In this document: positions 1-8,797 of the stretch, piece after piece
Position numbering within the stretch: the first letter of the stretch is position 1
Layout: every line of letters begins with the position of its first letter
DNA from: Pseudobdellovibrionaceae bacterium
GTDB taxonomy: Bacteria; Bdellovibrionota; Bdellovibrionia; Bdellovibrionales; Bdellovibrionaceae
Direction: 5' to 3'
Length of the DNA: 64,000 bases
Assembly (NCBI GenBank): GCA_039810425.1
Contig: JBDHWW010000004.1
Span: 1 to 64,000 of the forward strand
The notes under the pieces: model-generated
Seen by the model: only the letters and a program-made list of their open reading frames with translations
Databases searched by the model: none
What the model was told of the DNA's origin: nothing
Position numbers and translations under genes: made by a program

Positions 1-226
1 GCCTCACTGAGAGTAAGAAACTTATAGCATGGGTTTTTCGCATGAATTTTAAAGAGCAGCTCTAACGCAAATCACATTGCCCGTAAGAGCGCCAAGCCCC
101 TTCGCCCCGAAGCGATCTCTAGAGAAAAACAAAAAAACAAGGACTCGCCCAAGAACTCGCGCCCAAAGCAAAGCTCCGCACACAAAAATCACGTCAACAC
201 GAAATCACACAATTATTAACTGTGAT

Positions 227-392
227 TCTGCCCTCCTGGCAGATGGGGGCCGTCCGCCCCCATTCCCCGGGAAAAGACGGACCATCCGGGTCCGTCTTTA
301 TTATCCCAATTAAGCCTGGAACTCCTGATGCGGGAGGCATCAGGAGTAGCGGGAGTTTGAGGGGAGAGCCCTCAACAGACAGGATGTCTGTT
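227..392. repeat. Two divergent, structurally equivalent three-hairpin units (REP/BIME-like element or GGA-loop sRNAs)
   Basis: Six perfect stems with 5-nt loops at 227-243, 243-263, 273-299, 321-347, 357-375, 374-392. Confidence 0.8.
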
Positions 393-501
393 TGCAGTGA
401 CTTTGCGGCAATAAAAAACTCCGCATTCTCCACCAAAGCCTTGATTTCACGTCGACACACTATCACCAAGCACTCGCAGCAATGAGTACAAGATAGATCG
501 C
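388..501. repeat. Dispersed ~113-bp intergenic repeat, copy 1
   Basis: Aligns to 45460-45574 with about 10 mismatches and 1 indel (CTGTTTGCAGTGACTTTGCGGCAATAAAAAA...CCACCAAAGCCTTGATTTCAC...ATCACCAAGCACTC...GATAGAT). Confidence 0.95.
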
Positions 502-659
502 CCGAAGAAGAGGTTCCGAGAGGCATTTTTAGGATTCCGGGGCGAAAACGGGCCCATGTCGAAAGGGTCGACACGGGCCGCGCGTGAGCTTGCGCCTATT
601 CGCGATCGGAAGCCCTCCTCTAGGAGGGACTTTTGCAAGACATCGTCCACGAGGTAAAT

Positions 660-1577
660 ATGGCTTTCAGGTCTTTTTCGAAATTATTGGTGATGGCCTT
701 GGTTTCGCTGGCGAAAACAGCCTTTGCCGGCCCCGCTTGCAACGATTGCAGAACGGTGGATTTTGGTAAGCAGATAGAGCTAAAATTCCTTCGGCCGATG
801 CTCAAAATGACGATCCCTGAGAAGCTCGGGTATATCCGTAGCTTTGGTGTGGATATCTACAAAGTGGCGGATCCTGAGAAAGCTCCTGTGACGGTCGGCG
901 AACTCCCTGAGGCGACCACGGACCGGATTGCAAAGAAGTATATCCAGCTTTTTGACGAAGATGTTGTAGGTCTTTACATGACTCCGAGCAACCCGATTTA
1001 CCGTGTTGTGAAACCCACCATTTTATTCGTCGATAGCTCTGATGATTGGACGCTAATTCACGAATTTGCCCACTATCTTTTTGACCGCGTTCGTATGATG
1101 ACAGACTCGAAAACCGAAGGGCAACTAGTGGTTAAGTCCGAAGATGCCCAGGAAGATTTCTTTGATGCGCGTAATAAGTACCAACAGCTCGGCCGCTATG
1201 TGGACGAAGAACACAAGCACCACACGATCAAGAGTTTTATCAATTACGCCCGAGTGCAGATGATTTTCACTCGGACGGGAGACTTCGAGGAAACGACGAT
1301 TGAAAAAATTCTGCGGAGCGCTTATAAGAAGCAAAAACCCCACGGCTTTATGCCAGAGCATTTCGAAAGAAGCACGCGCTACATCCGTAGCACCTCCGGA
1401 AAGGGCCAGCAAACCCTGAACTTCTTGCTGTCAGATTGCCAAGCCCTGCCGAAGACTTTGAATGCCAACGACTCAAACCTTAAAAGTGCGTTAGCAAAAA
1501 TATGTGAGCAAGTTCGGTCGCTGAAGCAAGCGGATGTGGATGTTTTAAAAGGCCTGAATATTCAGTTATCACCGTAA
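660..1577 (+). CDS. Secreted protein with HExxH zinc motif (putative metallopeptidase)
   Basis: GAGG RBS before ATG 660; signal peptide ending AFA; WTLIHEFAHY motif. Confidence 0.7.
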   Translation: MAFRSFSKLLVMALVSLAKTAFAGPACNDCRTVDFGKQIELKFLRPMLKMTIPEKLGYIRSFGVDIYKVADPEKAPVTVGELPEATTDRIAKKYIQLFDEDVVGLYMTPSNPIYRVVKPTILFVDSSDDWTLIHEFAHYLFDRVRMMTDSKTEGQLVVKSEDAQEDFFDARNKYQQLGRYVDEEHKHHTIKSFINYARVQMIFTRTGDFEETTIEKILRSAYKKQKPHGFMPEHFERSTRYIRSTSGKGQQTLNFLLSDCQALPKTLNANDSNLKSALAKICEQVRSLKQADVDVLKGLNIQLSP

Positions 1578-2221
1578 AGCAGAATCATGAACTCGGCCTT
1601 ATCAAAAGGCAGCTGTTTTAACAGCTGCTCGCCGGTTCCTTCGAGGATCTTTTCTTCTTCCTGCGAAAGATTGAGCGCCAGTAGAGCACGGCGGCGCGGG
1701 AAGAACTCTTGTAAATCACCCAAAGTTTTTTTTAAGCGATAAGGTGTATCCATCAAAATCATCGGGCGCCTTTCCCGCTGAATCTCTTGGAGGGCTTTGC
1801 GGCGGGCTTCGGTTTCAGCCGGCAAAAAACCACGAAAGATAAACTGATCTATGCGCTCGCCGCTGAGAGACAGCAACCCCATCAACGCGGAAGCGCCGAG
1901 AACGGATTTCACCACAATCTTTTTTTGACGGCAGAGCTTTACGAGCTGCGCCCCCGGGTCGCAGAAGCCCGGAGTCCCGCAGTCGGACACCAGCGCCACG
2001 TTTTTCGGAGCACAGATTTCGCCGAGGGCTTTGACTTCATCGGGAGTGGTGTGCTCATTCAAAAGCTCATAAGTTTTGCCGGTAATGCCATGAGCACGCA
2101 AAAGCTTGCTGGCTTCTTTAGTGCTCTCGCAAATAATCACGTCGGCAGCTTTCAAAACCTCGAGAGCGCGTAATGAAATTTCGCTGATGTCTCCGATCGG
2201 AGTGGCGACGACGTACAACAT
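1562..2221 (-). CDS. rsmI: 16S rRNA C1402 2'-O-methyltransferase
   Basis: LYVVATPIG N-terminus, LVSDCGTPGFCDPG, FRGFLP motifs. Confidence 0.92.
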   Translation of the reverse strand: MLYVVATPIGDISEISLRALEVLKAADVIICESTKEASKLLRAHGITGKTYELLNEHTTPDEVKALGEICAPKNVALVSDCGTPGFCDPGAQLVKLCRQKKIVVKSVLGASALMGLLSLSGERIDQFIFRGFLPAETEARRKALQEIQRERRPMILMDTPYRLKKTLGDLQEFFPRRRALLALNLSQEEEKILEGTGEQLLKQLPFDKAEFMILLYGDN

Positions 2222-2971
2222 TTAGTCTTCAACCTCATCGAGGAGATAGTGCATGATTTTTGGAATATCTTCCGGAGCGGGCGCCTTGCCGGCATGAGTG
2301 CTCTCGAAGAACACCACATTCACCTGCGGCTGGCGCGCCCGCAGATGGTGAATATTCACGGGTTCATTTTCAAAGAACCAGATGTCCGCGTAGTGATCCG
2401 GCTTCAGACAGGCGAACCAGTCGGTTTTAAACTCAGCATCATCCATACTGCGATGGGGTTTCAGCACTAAACGGGTTTGCTGATCATCCAGCGGAAAGCC
2501 GGCATGTTTTAAAACCAGGGCTGAACCTGAACCCATCCGCGCCACGTCGCGGCCAGTAAGATAAACAACCTCTGCCCCATGATTGGCGACGGCATTCACA
2601 TATTCGACGGCTCCATCATAGGGGAGGTCATACTGGAGGTAGTCGTTTGAGAAAAAGCGCTTTATCCAGTACTCATGCAGGGCCTCTTGCAGCTCCGAAT
2701 GATGACCATCAAGCCCTGCACGCTCCAGGGCATTCTTAAAGCCCCAGTCCTTACGGTGCGTGCGGATATTCTTAAGTATCTGAATTTGCTTTGGAAAGCG
2801 CCTTTGAAATTCTGGCTCGTCGGCAAAATCTAAAATGATCCGCTCCACCCGCGGAGAGACATCAAACAGCGTTGAGTCGATGTCAAAAACGGCCAAACTT
2901 TTGAGACCTTTATTTTGAAATTCCTCAATCTTAACAAGAATCTGACTGAGTAGATGGCGGGATTGCGTCAT
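2222..2971 (-). CDS. HAD-superfamily hydrolase
   Basis: Motif I FDIDSTL, motif II YLTGR. Confidence 0.8.
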   Translation of the reverse strand: MTQSRHLLSQILVKIEEFQNKGLKSLAVFDIDSTLFDVSPRVERIILDFADEPEFQRRFPKQIQILKNIRTHRKDWGFKNALERAGLDGHHSELQEALHEYWIKRFFSNDYLQYDLPYDGAVEYVNAVANHGAEVVYLTGRDVARMGSGSALVLKHAGFPLDDQQTRLVLKPHRSMDDAEFKTDWFACLKPDHYADIWFFENEPVNIHHLRARQPQVNVVFFESTHAGKAPAPEDIPKIMHYLLDEVED

Positions 2972-3072
2972 ATGGCAAAATCTACCCTTGGAAGTTCTCT
3001 AAAGGCAAAGACTTTTCTTGGCCGTGGGGCGAATTTTTGTTACGTTCTCGCGACTGAAAAATAAGGAGTTTG

Positions 3073-3993
3073 ATGATGAAGAAATTAGTTGTCGTGATCG
3101 CCGTAATTTCCGCGCTCGTTGCTTGTACCGGTAAAAAGGCCGAACTCGGGACTGCCGAGAACCCGATCAAAGTTCACTTCGTGCCCTCTGTCGATGCGAA
3201 AGTGATCGAAGACAACTCTAAAATCTTCAAAGAATTCATGGAGAAAAACACTCCCTACAAATACGACATCTCAATTCCACAATCTTTCGTGGCCGTCGTT
3301 GAAGCCTTCGGTACAAAGCGCGCAGATGTTGCCGCGATCAACACTTTCGGCTACGTCCTGGCCCACGATAAATATGGCGCTGAAGCTCGCTTGACGGTGA
3401 TCCGTTACGGTCTTCCAACTTACCAATCCCAGTTCATCGCGAAAGCCGACGGCCCGATCAAAACCATCGCCGACCTTGCCGGTAAAAAAATCGCGTTCGT
3501 CGATCCTTCATCCACCTCCGGCTACCTCCTGCCGTTGAAAACCCTCAAAGACAAAAAGATCGAACCAAAAGAAACCGTGTTCGCAATGAAGCATGATTCG
3601 GTTGTTTCCATGATCTATCAAGGCCAAGTCGATGCGGGCGCGACGTTTTACTCGCCACCATCGAAGGATGACAAAGGGAAAGAGAAACTCGAAGACGCTC
3701 GCCGCTTGGTTTTGACTCAATATCCGGATGTGGAAAAGAAAATCAAAATCATCGAGCTTTCTGATCCAATCCCGAACGATCCGATTATTTTCAGAAAAGA
3801 CATGCCTGAAGAGATGAAGCAAAAGATCGTAGACGCAATCTTCGCGTTCGTAGCGACTCCAGAAGGTAAAGACGCATTCAATAAAATCTATGGCGTAACT
3901 GAGTTTAAAAAGGCCACGGATGCTGACTACGAACCCGTTCGCAAAATGCTCAATGACCTGGGTAAGAGCGCCGCTGATTTGATGAAGAAGTAA
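3073..3993 (+). CDS. phnD: Phosphate/phosphite/phosphonate ABC transporter substrate-binding lipoprotein
   Basis: Lipobox LVAC; FVDPSSTSGYLLP motif; AGGAG RBS; operon context. Confidence 0.9.
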   Translation: MMKKLVVVIAVISALVACTGKKAELGTAENPIKVHFVPSVDAKVIEDNSKIFKEFMEKNTPYKYDISIPQSFVAVVEAFGTKRADVAAINTFGYVLAHDKYGAEARLTVIRYGLPTYQSQFIAKADGPIKTIADLAGKKIAFVDPSSTSGYLLPLKTLKDKKIEPKETVFAMKHDSVVSMIYQGQVDAGATFYSPPSKDDKGKEKLEDARRLVLTQYPDVEKKIKIIELSDPIPNDPIIFRKDMPEEMKQKIVDAIFAFVATPEGKDAFNKIYGVTEFKKATDADYEPVRKMLNDLGKSAADLMKK

Positions 3994-4010
3994 TAACATA
4001 GGAGCACGGA

Positions 4011-4781
4011 ATGTCTCAGCCTATTCTCTCGATCAAGAATCTGATCAAAACTTACCCGAACGGAGTGCAAGCTCTGAAAGGCGTGAGCTTTGATGTTAAA
4101 AAAGGTGAGTTCCTCGTAGTGATCGGGTTGAGCGGCTCCGGTAAGTCGACTCTTCTTCGTTGCATCAATCGGTTGCATGATCCAAGCTCAGGCCAAATTG
4201 TATTCAATGGTAAAAACGTGGCGCAAGTTCAGGGCGAAGAAATCCGTTCTTTGCGCAAACAGATCGGCATGATCTTCCAGCACTTCAACTTGATTCCTCG
4301 TCACAGCGTTGTCAGCAATGTCTTGATGGGCCGCCTGGGAGTGATGGGCTCTATCAAAAGTATTTTTGGATTCTTTTCTGATGAAGATAAAGAAAAAGCG
4401 ATGAAGTACCTTAAGCTGGTCGGTATCGGTGATAAAGCGAAGATCCGTGCGGACCAGCTTTCCGGCGGTCAGCAACAGCGCGTGGCGATCGCCCGTGCGT
4501 TGACTCAAGGTCCGGACATCTTGCTAGCGGACGAGCCGGTTGCGAGCTTGGATCCGGCGACCTGTCATACGGTGATGGATTACCTCAAAAAGGTCAACAC
4601 AGAGCTCGGCATCACCGTGATCTGCAATCTTCACTTCTTGAGTCTCGTTCGCCAATACGCAACTCGCGTGATCGCCCTCAAAGGCGGTGAGATCGTGTAT
4701 GAAGGCAGCCCCAGCGATATCACTGAAGAGTGGTTCGAAAAAATCTACGGCCAAGGTGCCAAAGAAGTTCACATCAACTAA
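4011..4781 (+). CDS. phnC: Phosphonate ABC transporter ATPase
   Basis: GLSGSGKS, LSGGQQQRV, LADEPVASLDP. Confidence 0.92.
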   Translation: MSQPILSIKNLIKTYPNGVQALKGVSFDVKKGEFLVVIGLSGSGKSTLLRCINRLHDPSSGQIVFNGKNVAQVQGEEIRSLRKQIGMIFQHFNLIPRHSVVSNVLMGRLGVMGSIKSIFGFFSDEDKEKAMKYLKLVGIGDKAKIRADQLSGGQQQRVAIARALTQGPDILLADEPVASLDPATCHTVMDYLKKVNTELGITVICNLHFLSLVRQYATRVIALKGGEIVYEGSPSDITEEWFEKIYGQGAKEVHIN

Positions 4782-4792
4782 GGATGACAACG

Positions 4793-5830
4793 ATGAAGAG
4801 TTATATTTTCCGCAGAACTTTCTTTGATGCCTTTATCTTTGCCTATCTCGGCATGGTCCTTTTGGCCGTGACGGCTCAACCGACGCCGGAACAAATGCTG
4901 AATCTTGGCCAAAACTTTGTGGCATTTCTTTTCGCGATGATCATTGGCGCGGCATTGAGCACTGGCCTCAACCGGTCTAACAATCACCGCATGCACACCA
5001 TGGGTGAAACGTTGTTTGAGCCACCTTACAAGAAAGCCGCCAAGGCCGAGACTTCCTGGTACAAGACATTCTCTGGCTGGCAGTTGGTTGTTTTCTTGGT
5101 TGTCACTTTCGTCGTGGGTATCAACACCACGAAATTTTCGTTCAACGAGCTTTTGAACGAAGATGGGTTCGCCGGTGCGGTTCGTCTGTTCAAAGACCTC
5201 TTTAACCCCAACTTTGAACTCTTGCCGAAAGCAGTTTTGAACATCATCGAGACGATCTTTATGGCGTTCATGGCGACGACTCTGGCGATTCCCGTGGCTT
5301 TCATCCTGAGCTTCTTCTGTGCCAAGAACATCATGAAGAGCCCTGGCGCATACGCTGTTTACATGATCCTCCGCACACTCTTGAACTTTACCCGTGCAAT
5401 TGAAGCTTTGATCTGGGCAATTATCTTTTCGGTTTGGGTGGGTATCGGTCCCTTCGCGGGTATGCTCGCTTTGATGGTTCACTCCGTGGCGTCTTTGGCG
5501 AAACAATATTCGGAGATGGTTGAGACGGTCAGTGAAGGCCCGATTGAAGGCATTCAGTCAACAGGCGCGACGAAGTTGCAAACGGTGTGGTTTGCCATCG
5601 TTCCCCAAGTTATCCTTCCCTATATCTCCTTCACTGTTTATCGTTGGGATATCAATGTGCGCATGGCGACGATCATCGGTCTTGTCGGCGGTGGCGGTAT
5701 CGGTACAATGTTGATCCAGTATCAAGGTCAGGGCATGTGGCGGGAAGTGGGTTGTATCATTCTTGTGATTGCGGTTGTTGTATGGGCGATGGACCAAGCT
5801 TCCGCGGTGATTCGAGAGGCGCTTAAGTAA
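4793..5830 (+). CDS. phnE: Phosphonate ABC transporter permease with N-terminal membrane extension
   Basis: YRWDINVRMATIIGLVGGGGIG motif; start 4784 or 4793. Confidence 0.88.
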   Translation: MKSYIFRRTFFDAFIFAYLGMVLLAVTAQPTPEQMLNLGQNFVAFLFAMIIGAALSTGLNRSNNHRMHTMGETLFEPPYKKAAKAETSWYKTFSGWQLVVFLVVTFVVGINTTKFSFNELLNEDGFAGAVRLFKDLFNPNFELLPKAVLNIIETIFMAFMATTLAIPVAFILSFFCAKNIMKSPGAYAVYMILRTLLNFTRAIEALIWAIIFSVWVGIGPFAGMLALMVHSVASLAKQYSEMVETVSEGPIEGIQSTGATKLQTVWFAIVPQVILPYISFTVYRWDINVRMATIIGLVGGGGIGTMLIQYQGQGMWREVGCIILVIAVVVWAMDQASAVIREALK

Positions 5831-5841
5831 GAGGTAAGAAC

Positions 5842-6249
5842 ATGGCAGAAAAGGGTTCGTACAAAATTCTCATTCGCGAATCGCTGCTAGATACTTATGG
5901 CCATGTGAACAATGCCCGCTACCTTGATATGTACGAAGAAGCCCGCTGGCAGCTCGTCACAGAGCGCGGTTACGACTTCAAAAAAGTTCACCAGACGGGG
6001 CAAGGCCCGATCATCCTTGAAGTGAACTTAAAATTTATGAAAGAGCTCCGCCTGCGTGAGGAAATCACCATCACCACGGAGCTTGTCGATTATCCCGGCA
6101 AAGTCGGCCGCCTTAAACAGCAAATGATCAAGCCAGATGGGACTGTTGCCTCTGAAGCGGTCTTCGTCTTTGGTCTCTTCGATCTGAAGGCTCGTAAAAT
6201 GATCGAACCGACTCCTGAATGGAAGAAGGCTGTCGGCTACGAAGGCTGA
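5842..6249 (+). CDS. Acyl-CoA thioesterase (4HBT/YbgC family)
   Basis: DTYGHVNNARY hotdog motif. Confidence 0.88.
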   Translation: MAEKGSYKILIRESLLDTYGHVNNARYLDMYEEARWQLVTERGYDFKKVHQTGQGPIILEVNLKFMKELRLREEITITTELVDYPGKVGRLKQQMIKPDGTVASEAVFVFGLFDLKARKMIEPTPEWKKAVGYEG

Positions 6250-6302
6250 GCTTTCACGAACGCGTATTGCAGTTCACGGGGCTATCACGTAGGATGTTTT
6301 CC

Positions 6303-6911
6303 ATGAACCCTTTCCTGCGCCAAATTGAGTGGATTGAACGAAACTTTGCTGAACTTAAAAACAATTCTGAAATTGTTTTGGATATGAAGTATTCGACGAC
6401 GGACAATTTCATGAATGCCGATGTTTACGGCGGTTTCCATCGCTGTTTTATGGCCCCCATGGCGGCAAAGATGCTTTTCAAAGCCTGTGATGAGCTCAAA
6501 CGCAACCACCCGGATCTGCAGTTTCATATCTGGGACACGCTTCGCCCACGCAGTATCCAAGCGCAGTTCTATGATCACCTGAAGGGCACGTCTTTTCAGA
6601 ATTACGTGGCGGCCCCCCAGCCGGGATCACTGCATAATTTTGGAATGGCGATTGATTTGACGTTACAGACTCGCGAGGGTGAGCTGTTGGATATGGGAAC
6701 AGGCTTTGATGACTTCCGTGACCTAGCCCAGCCCCGGCTGGAAAAGCAGTTTCTTGCCTCCGGTGAGCTGACCGAAGCGCAATACAAGAACCGCTGGCTC
6801 TTGCGGGGGCTTTTGGAGGCTCAAGGTTTTAAAGTCCTAGAGCACGAATGGTGGCACTTCAATGCTTTGCCGAAAGAACAGGTCTATGGCAAATTTCCTG
6901 TTTTAGAGTAG
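6303..6911 (+). CDS. ddpX: D-Ala-D-Ala dipeptidase (VanX/DdpX, M15D)
   Basis: SLHNFGMAID and EWWHF motifs, DMGTGFDDF; start uncertain (6294 or 6303). Confidence 0.88.
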   Translation: MNPFLRQIEWIERNFAELKNNSEIVLDMKYSTTDNFMNADVYGGFHRCFMAPMAAKMLFKACDELKRNHPDLQFHIWDTLRPRSIQAQFYDHLKGTSFQNYVAAPQPGSLHNFGMAIDLTLQTREGELLDMGTGFDDFRDLAQPRLEKQFLASGELTEAQYKNRWLLRGLLEAQGFKVLEHEWWHFNALPKEQVYGKFPVLE

Positions 6912-7463
6912 GCGGCGGCTGACATAGTCCGCGTACTCGACAAACTTTTTCACAAGCTTTTCGAGAGCGCCATGCATGCGCTCATCTTTGAGTTCGTCGT
7001 GCTCATCAAAGGCTTTATTTGCTTGAGCCACACCGAGCATTTCAGGATATACAAATGCGCCTAAGTACTCGAGTGGTTGACGTACTTGCCACATCCCCCG
7101 GTTCGTACCCACCATGCCGGGGGAAGCGCCCATAATCAGAACTTGTTTGCCAGCCCATGGGACCGGATTCACACGTGAGCTCCAGTCGATGGCATTTTTC
7201 AGAGTGCCCGGGATGCCGGAGTTGTACTCGGGGCTTGCGATTATGATCGCATCAGCCGCGGCAAGGTCTTTAATAAACTTCTGAGCCGCTTCAGGAATGC
7301 CGGAGTCGGCCTCAAGGTCACCATGATAAAGGGGCATCATGTAATCGTTGAATTCTTTGAGCACGACATCGTGGCCTGCCGGCAGCATTTTCTGAGCATT
7401 GCGAATGAGTTTTTTATTCAGGGAATCTCTGCGGAAAGAAGCCGCAAACATTAAAATTTTCAT
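6903..7463 (-). CDS. NADPH-dependent FMN reductase
   Basis: SPEYNSGIPGTLKNAIDW signature; GAGG RBS before ATG 7463. Confidence 0.92.
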   Translation of the reverse strand: MKILMFAASFRRDSLNKKLIRNAQKMLPAGHDVVLKEFNDYMMPLYHGDLEADSGIPEAAQKFIKDLAAADAIIIASPEYNSGIPGTLKNAIDWSSRVNPVPWAGKQVLIMGASPGMVGTNRGMWQVRQPLEYLGAFVYPEMLGVAQANKAFDEHDELKDERMHGALEKLVKKFVEYADYVSRRLL

Positions 7464-7470
7464 AGGGGTC

Positions 7471-7496
7471 CTCTGGTTCACACGGGTGAACCAGAG
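7471..7496. promoter_or_regulatory. Perfect 11-bp inverted repeat overlapping the FMN reductase RBS
   Basis: CTCTGGTTCAC-acgg-GTGAACCAGAG. Confidence 0.55.
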
Positions 7497-7662
7497 AATA
7501 AATGAGTTATCCGACTCCGTCAGTAAATTTAGCCAGTAAATTTATATGTGACGAAATTTTCAAATGTGAAACTGCGCGAGCGCAACGACCGCCAGGGTCG
7601 GAAGGCTCGGGCCGATATTTATTTTGTGGTATAAGGTTTCGAGCCTTTGCTCATAGTTCTGG

Positions 7663-8484
7663 CTAGGTTTGTGCACAGGCTTGAATAAAGGAATAGAAGA
7701 ACACGGCGTTTGGATCGCCGGCCACTTTCGACATCTCCGCCGTCATTCCTTCGACCACCTCCTTGGAAACACAACCGGCCTGGATCAGTTGGTCACTGGC
7801 ACTGAGGAGTAGTTCGGTCCAATACTCCACGCAATCTTTGCGAGCTTGAGGATAGCGGTTGTCGAGGAACCAGGTTTTAATCTCGGTTTGGATATCCCGA
7901 TATCCAAGCTGCATCAAAAAGTTTCCCAGCTTAGCGCCGACAAAGGGGTCCCCCTTTTGAGCCAGTTGGTATTCATTGAAGGCCATCCAATACTTCCACA
8001 CATTCGGAGAGTAGGGGCCCAAGAAGAACGATGAGTTCATTACTTCTGTAATATAGACAACCGAGCCTGGGCGTAGAACGCGGCGGACCTCTGACAGCAC
8101 CCGGATGGGGTCCGGCACGTGTTCCAGAATCCAGCAAAGAAACGCACCATCAAAAGAATTAGCATCAAACTCCATCGCTGTCGCATCCATCTCGCGCAGA
8201 TCAAAGCGCCCTTGAGCGTAGGGGGTTTTCGCAAGATTGTGCTGCGCCACCGCCAGTTGCTTCGTGCTCCGGTCGATTCCCGTCAGCGTCAGATCCGGAA
8301 AGCGGCGAAGAATGATTTCACTCTGCGCGCCGACACCGCAACCGACTTCGAGCAAATCAGTGACGTTGGAAAGGTTGATGTTCTGATAAACAGTGTACTC
8401 ACCGAAGTGCGCCTGTTTGCGCAGACGTTGTTGTTCTTCTTCGGAAAAGCCATGGAGGTAAGGGAATGTATTTGATTCAGACAT
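7663..8484 (-). CDS. Class I SAM-dependent methyltransferase
   Basis: LLEVGCGVG motif I, ILEHVPDP, RVLRPG. Confidence 0.9.
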   Translation of the reverse strand: MSESNTFPYLHGFSEEEQQRLRKQAHFGEYTVYQNINLSNVTDLLEVGCGVGAQSEIILRRFPDLTLTGIDRSTKQLAVAQHNLAKTPYAQGRFDLREMDATAMEFDANSFDGAFLCWILEHVPDPIRVLSEVRRVLRPGSVVYITEVMNSSFFLGPYSPNVWKYWMAFNEYQLAQKGDPFVGAKLGNFLMQLGYRDIQTEIKTWFLDNRYPQARKDCVEYWTELLLSASDQLIQAGCVSKEVVEGMTAEMSKVAGDPNAVFFYSFIQACAQT

Positions 8485-8742
8485 GGAGTCAGCATACGCC
8501 GGGGGAAAAGCGGTCGCAAAGAGTTATTTCTTTAGAGGGAGTGAAAACTCACCGTCTCACGATGAGAAAACGTGTCTGGCTGCAAAATCTTGGTACCGCA
8601 TTTCCTCCGGTATAACTTCCTCGAGGGCCTTTCAGTTGCTCAAAATATTTTCGACATCAAAAGCATTGCTCTAAGGTCCTGTAAAAAAGCTGAGCACTTT
8701 GTCTGAGATTCCAAAACTGAAATATGCTTTGTTTTTAATCTC

Positions 8743-8770
8743 TTAAGTCGGGTCCGGCAGCGGCCGATAG
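8743..8770 (+). promoter_or_regulatory. Sigma28 (FliA)-type promoter
   Basis: TTAAG-N16-CCGATAG, 27 nt before ATG 8798. Confidence 0.7.
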
Positions 8771-8797
8771 GGTTCTGGTAAAGGTAAGAGGTGCAGT

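Noticed and set aside
1..43. Possible minus-strand gene start MRKTHAISFLLSVR
   Set aside because: Only 14 codons are visible and there is no clear RBS.
200..630. CRISPR array, tmRNA, RNase P RNA or c-di-GMP riboswitch
   Set aside because: No identical direct repeats with spacers, no cas genes, and I could not find the diagnostic conserved motifs.
77..650. Short ORFs over the hairpin and repeat region
   Set aside because: They overlap each other, lack motifs, and repeat copy 2 has a frame-breaking indel.
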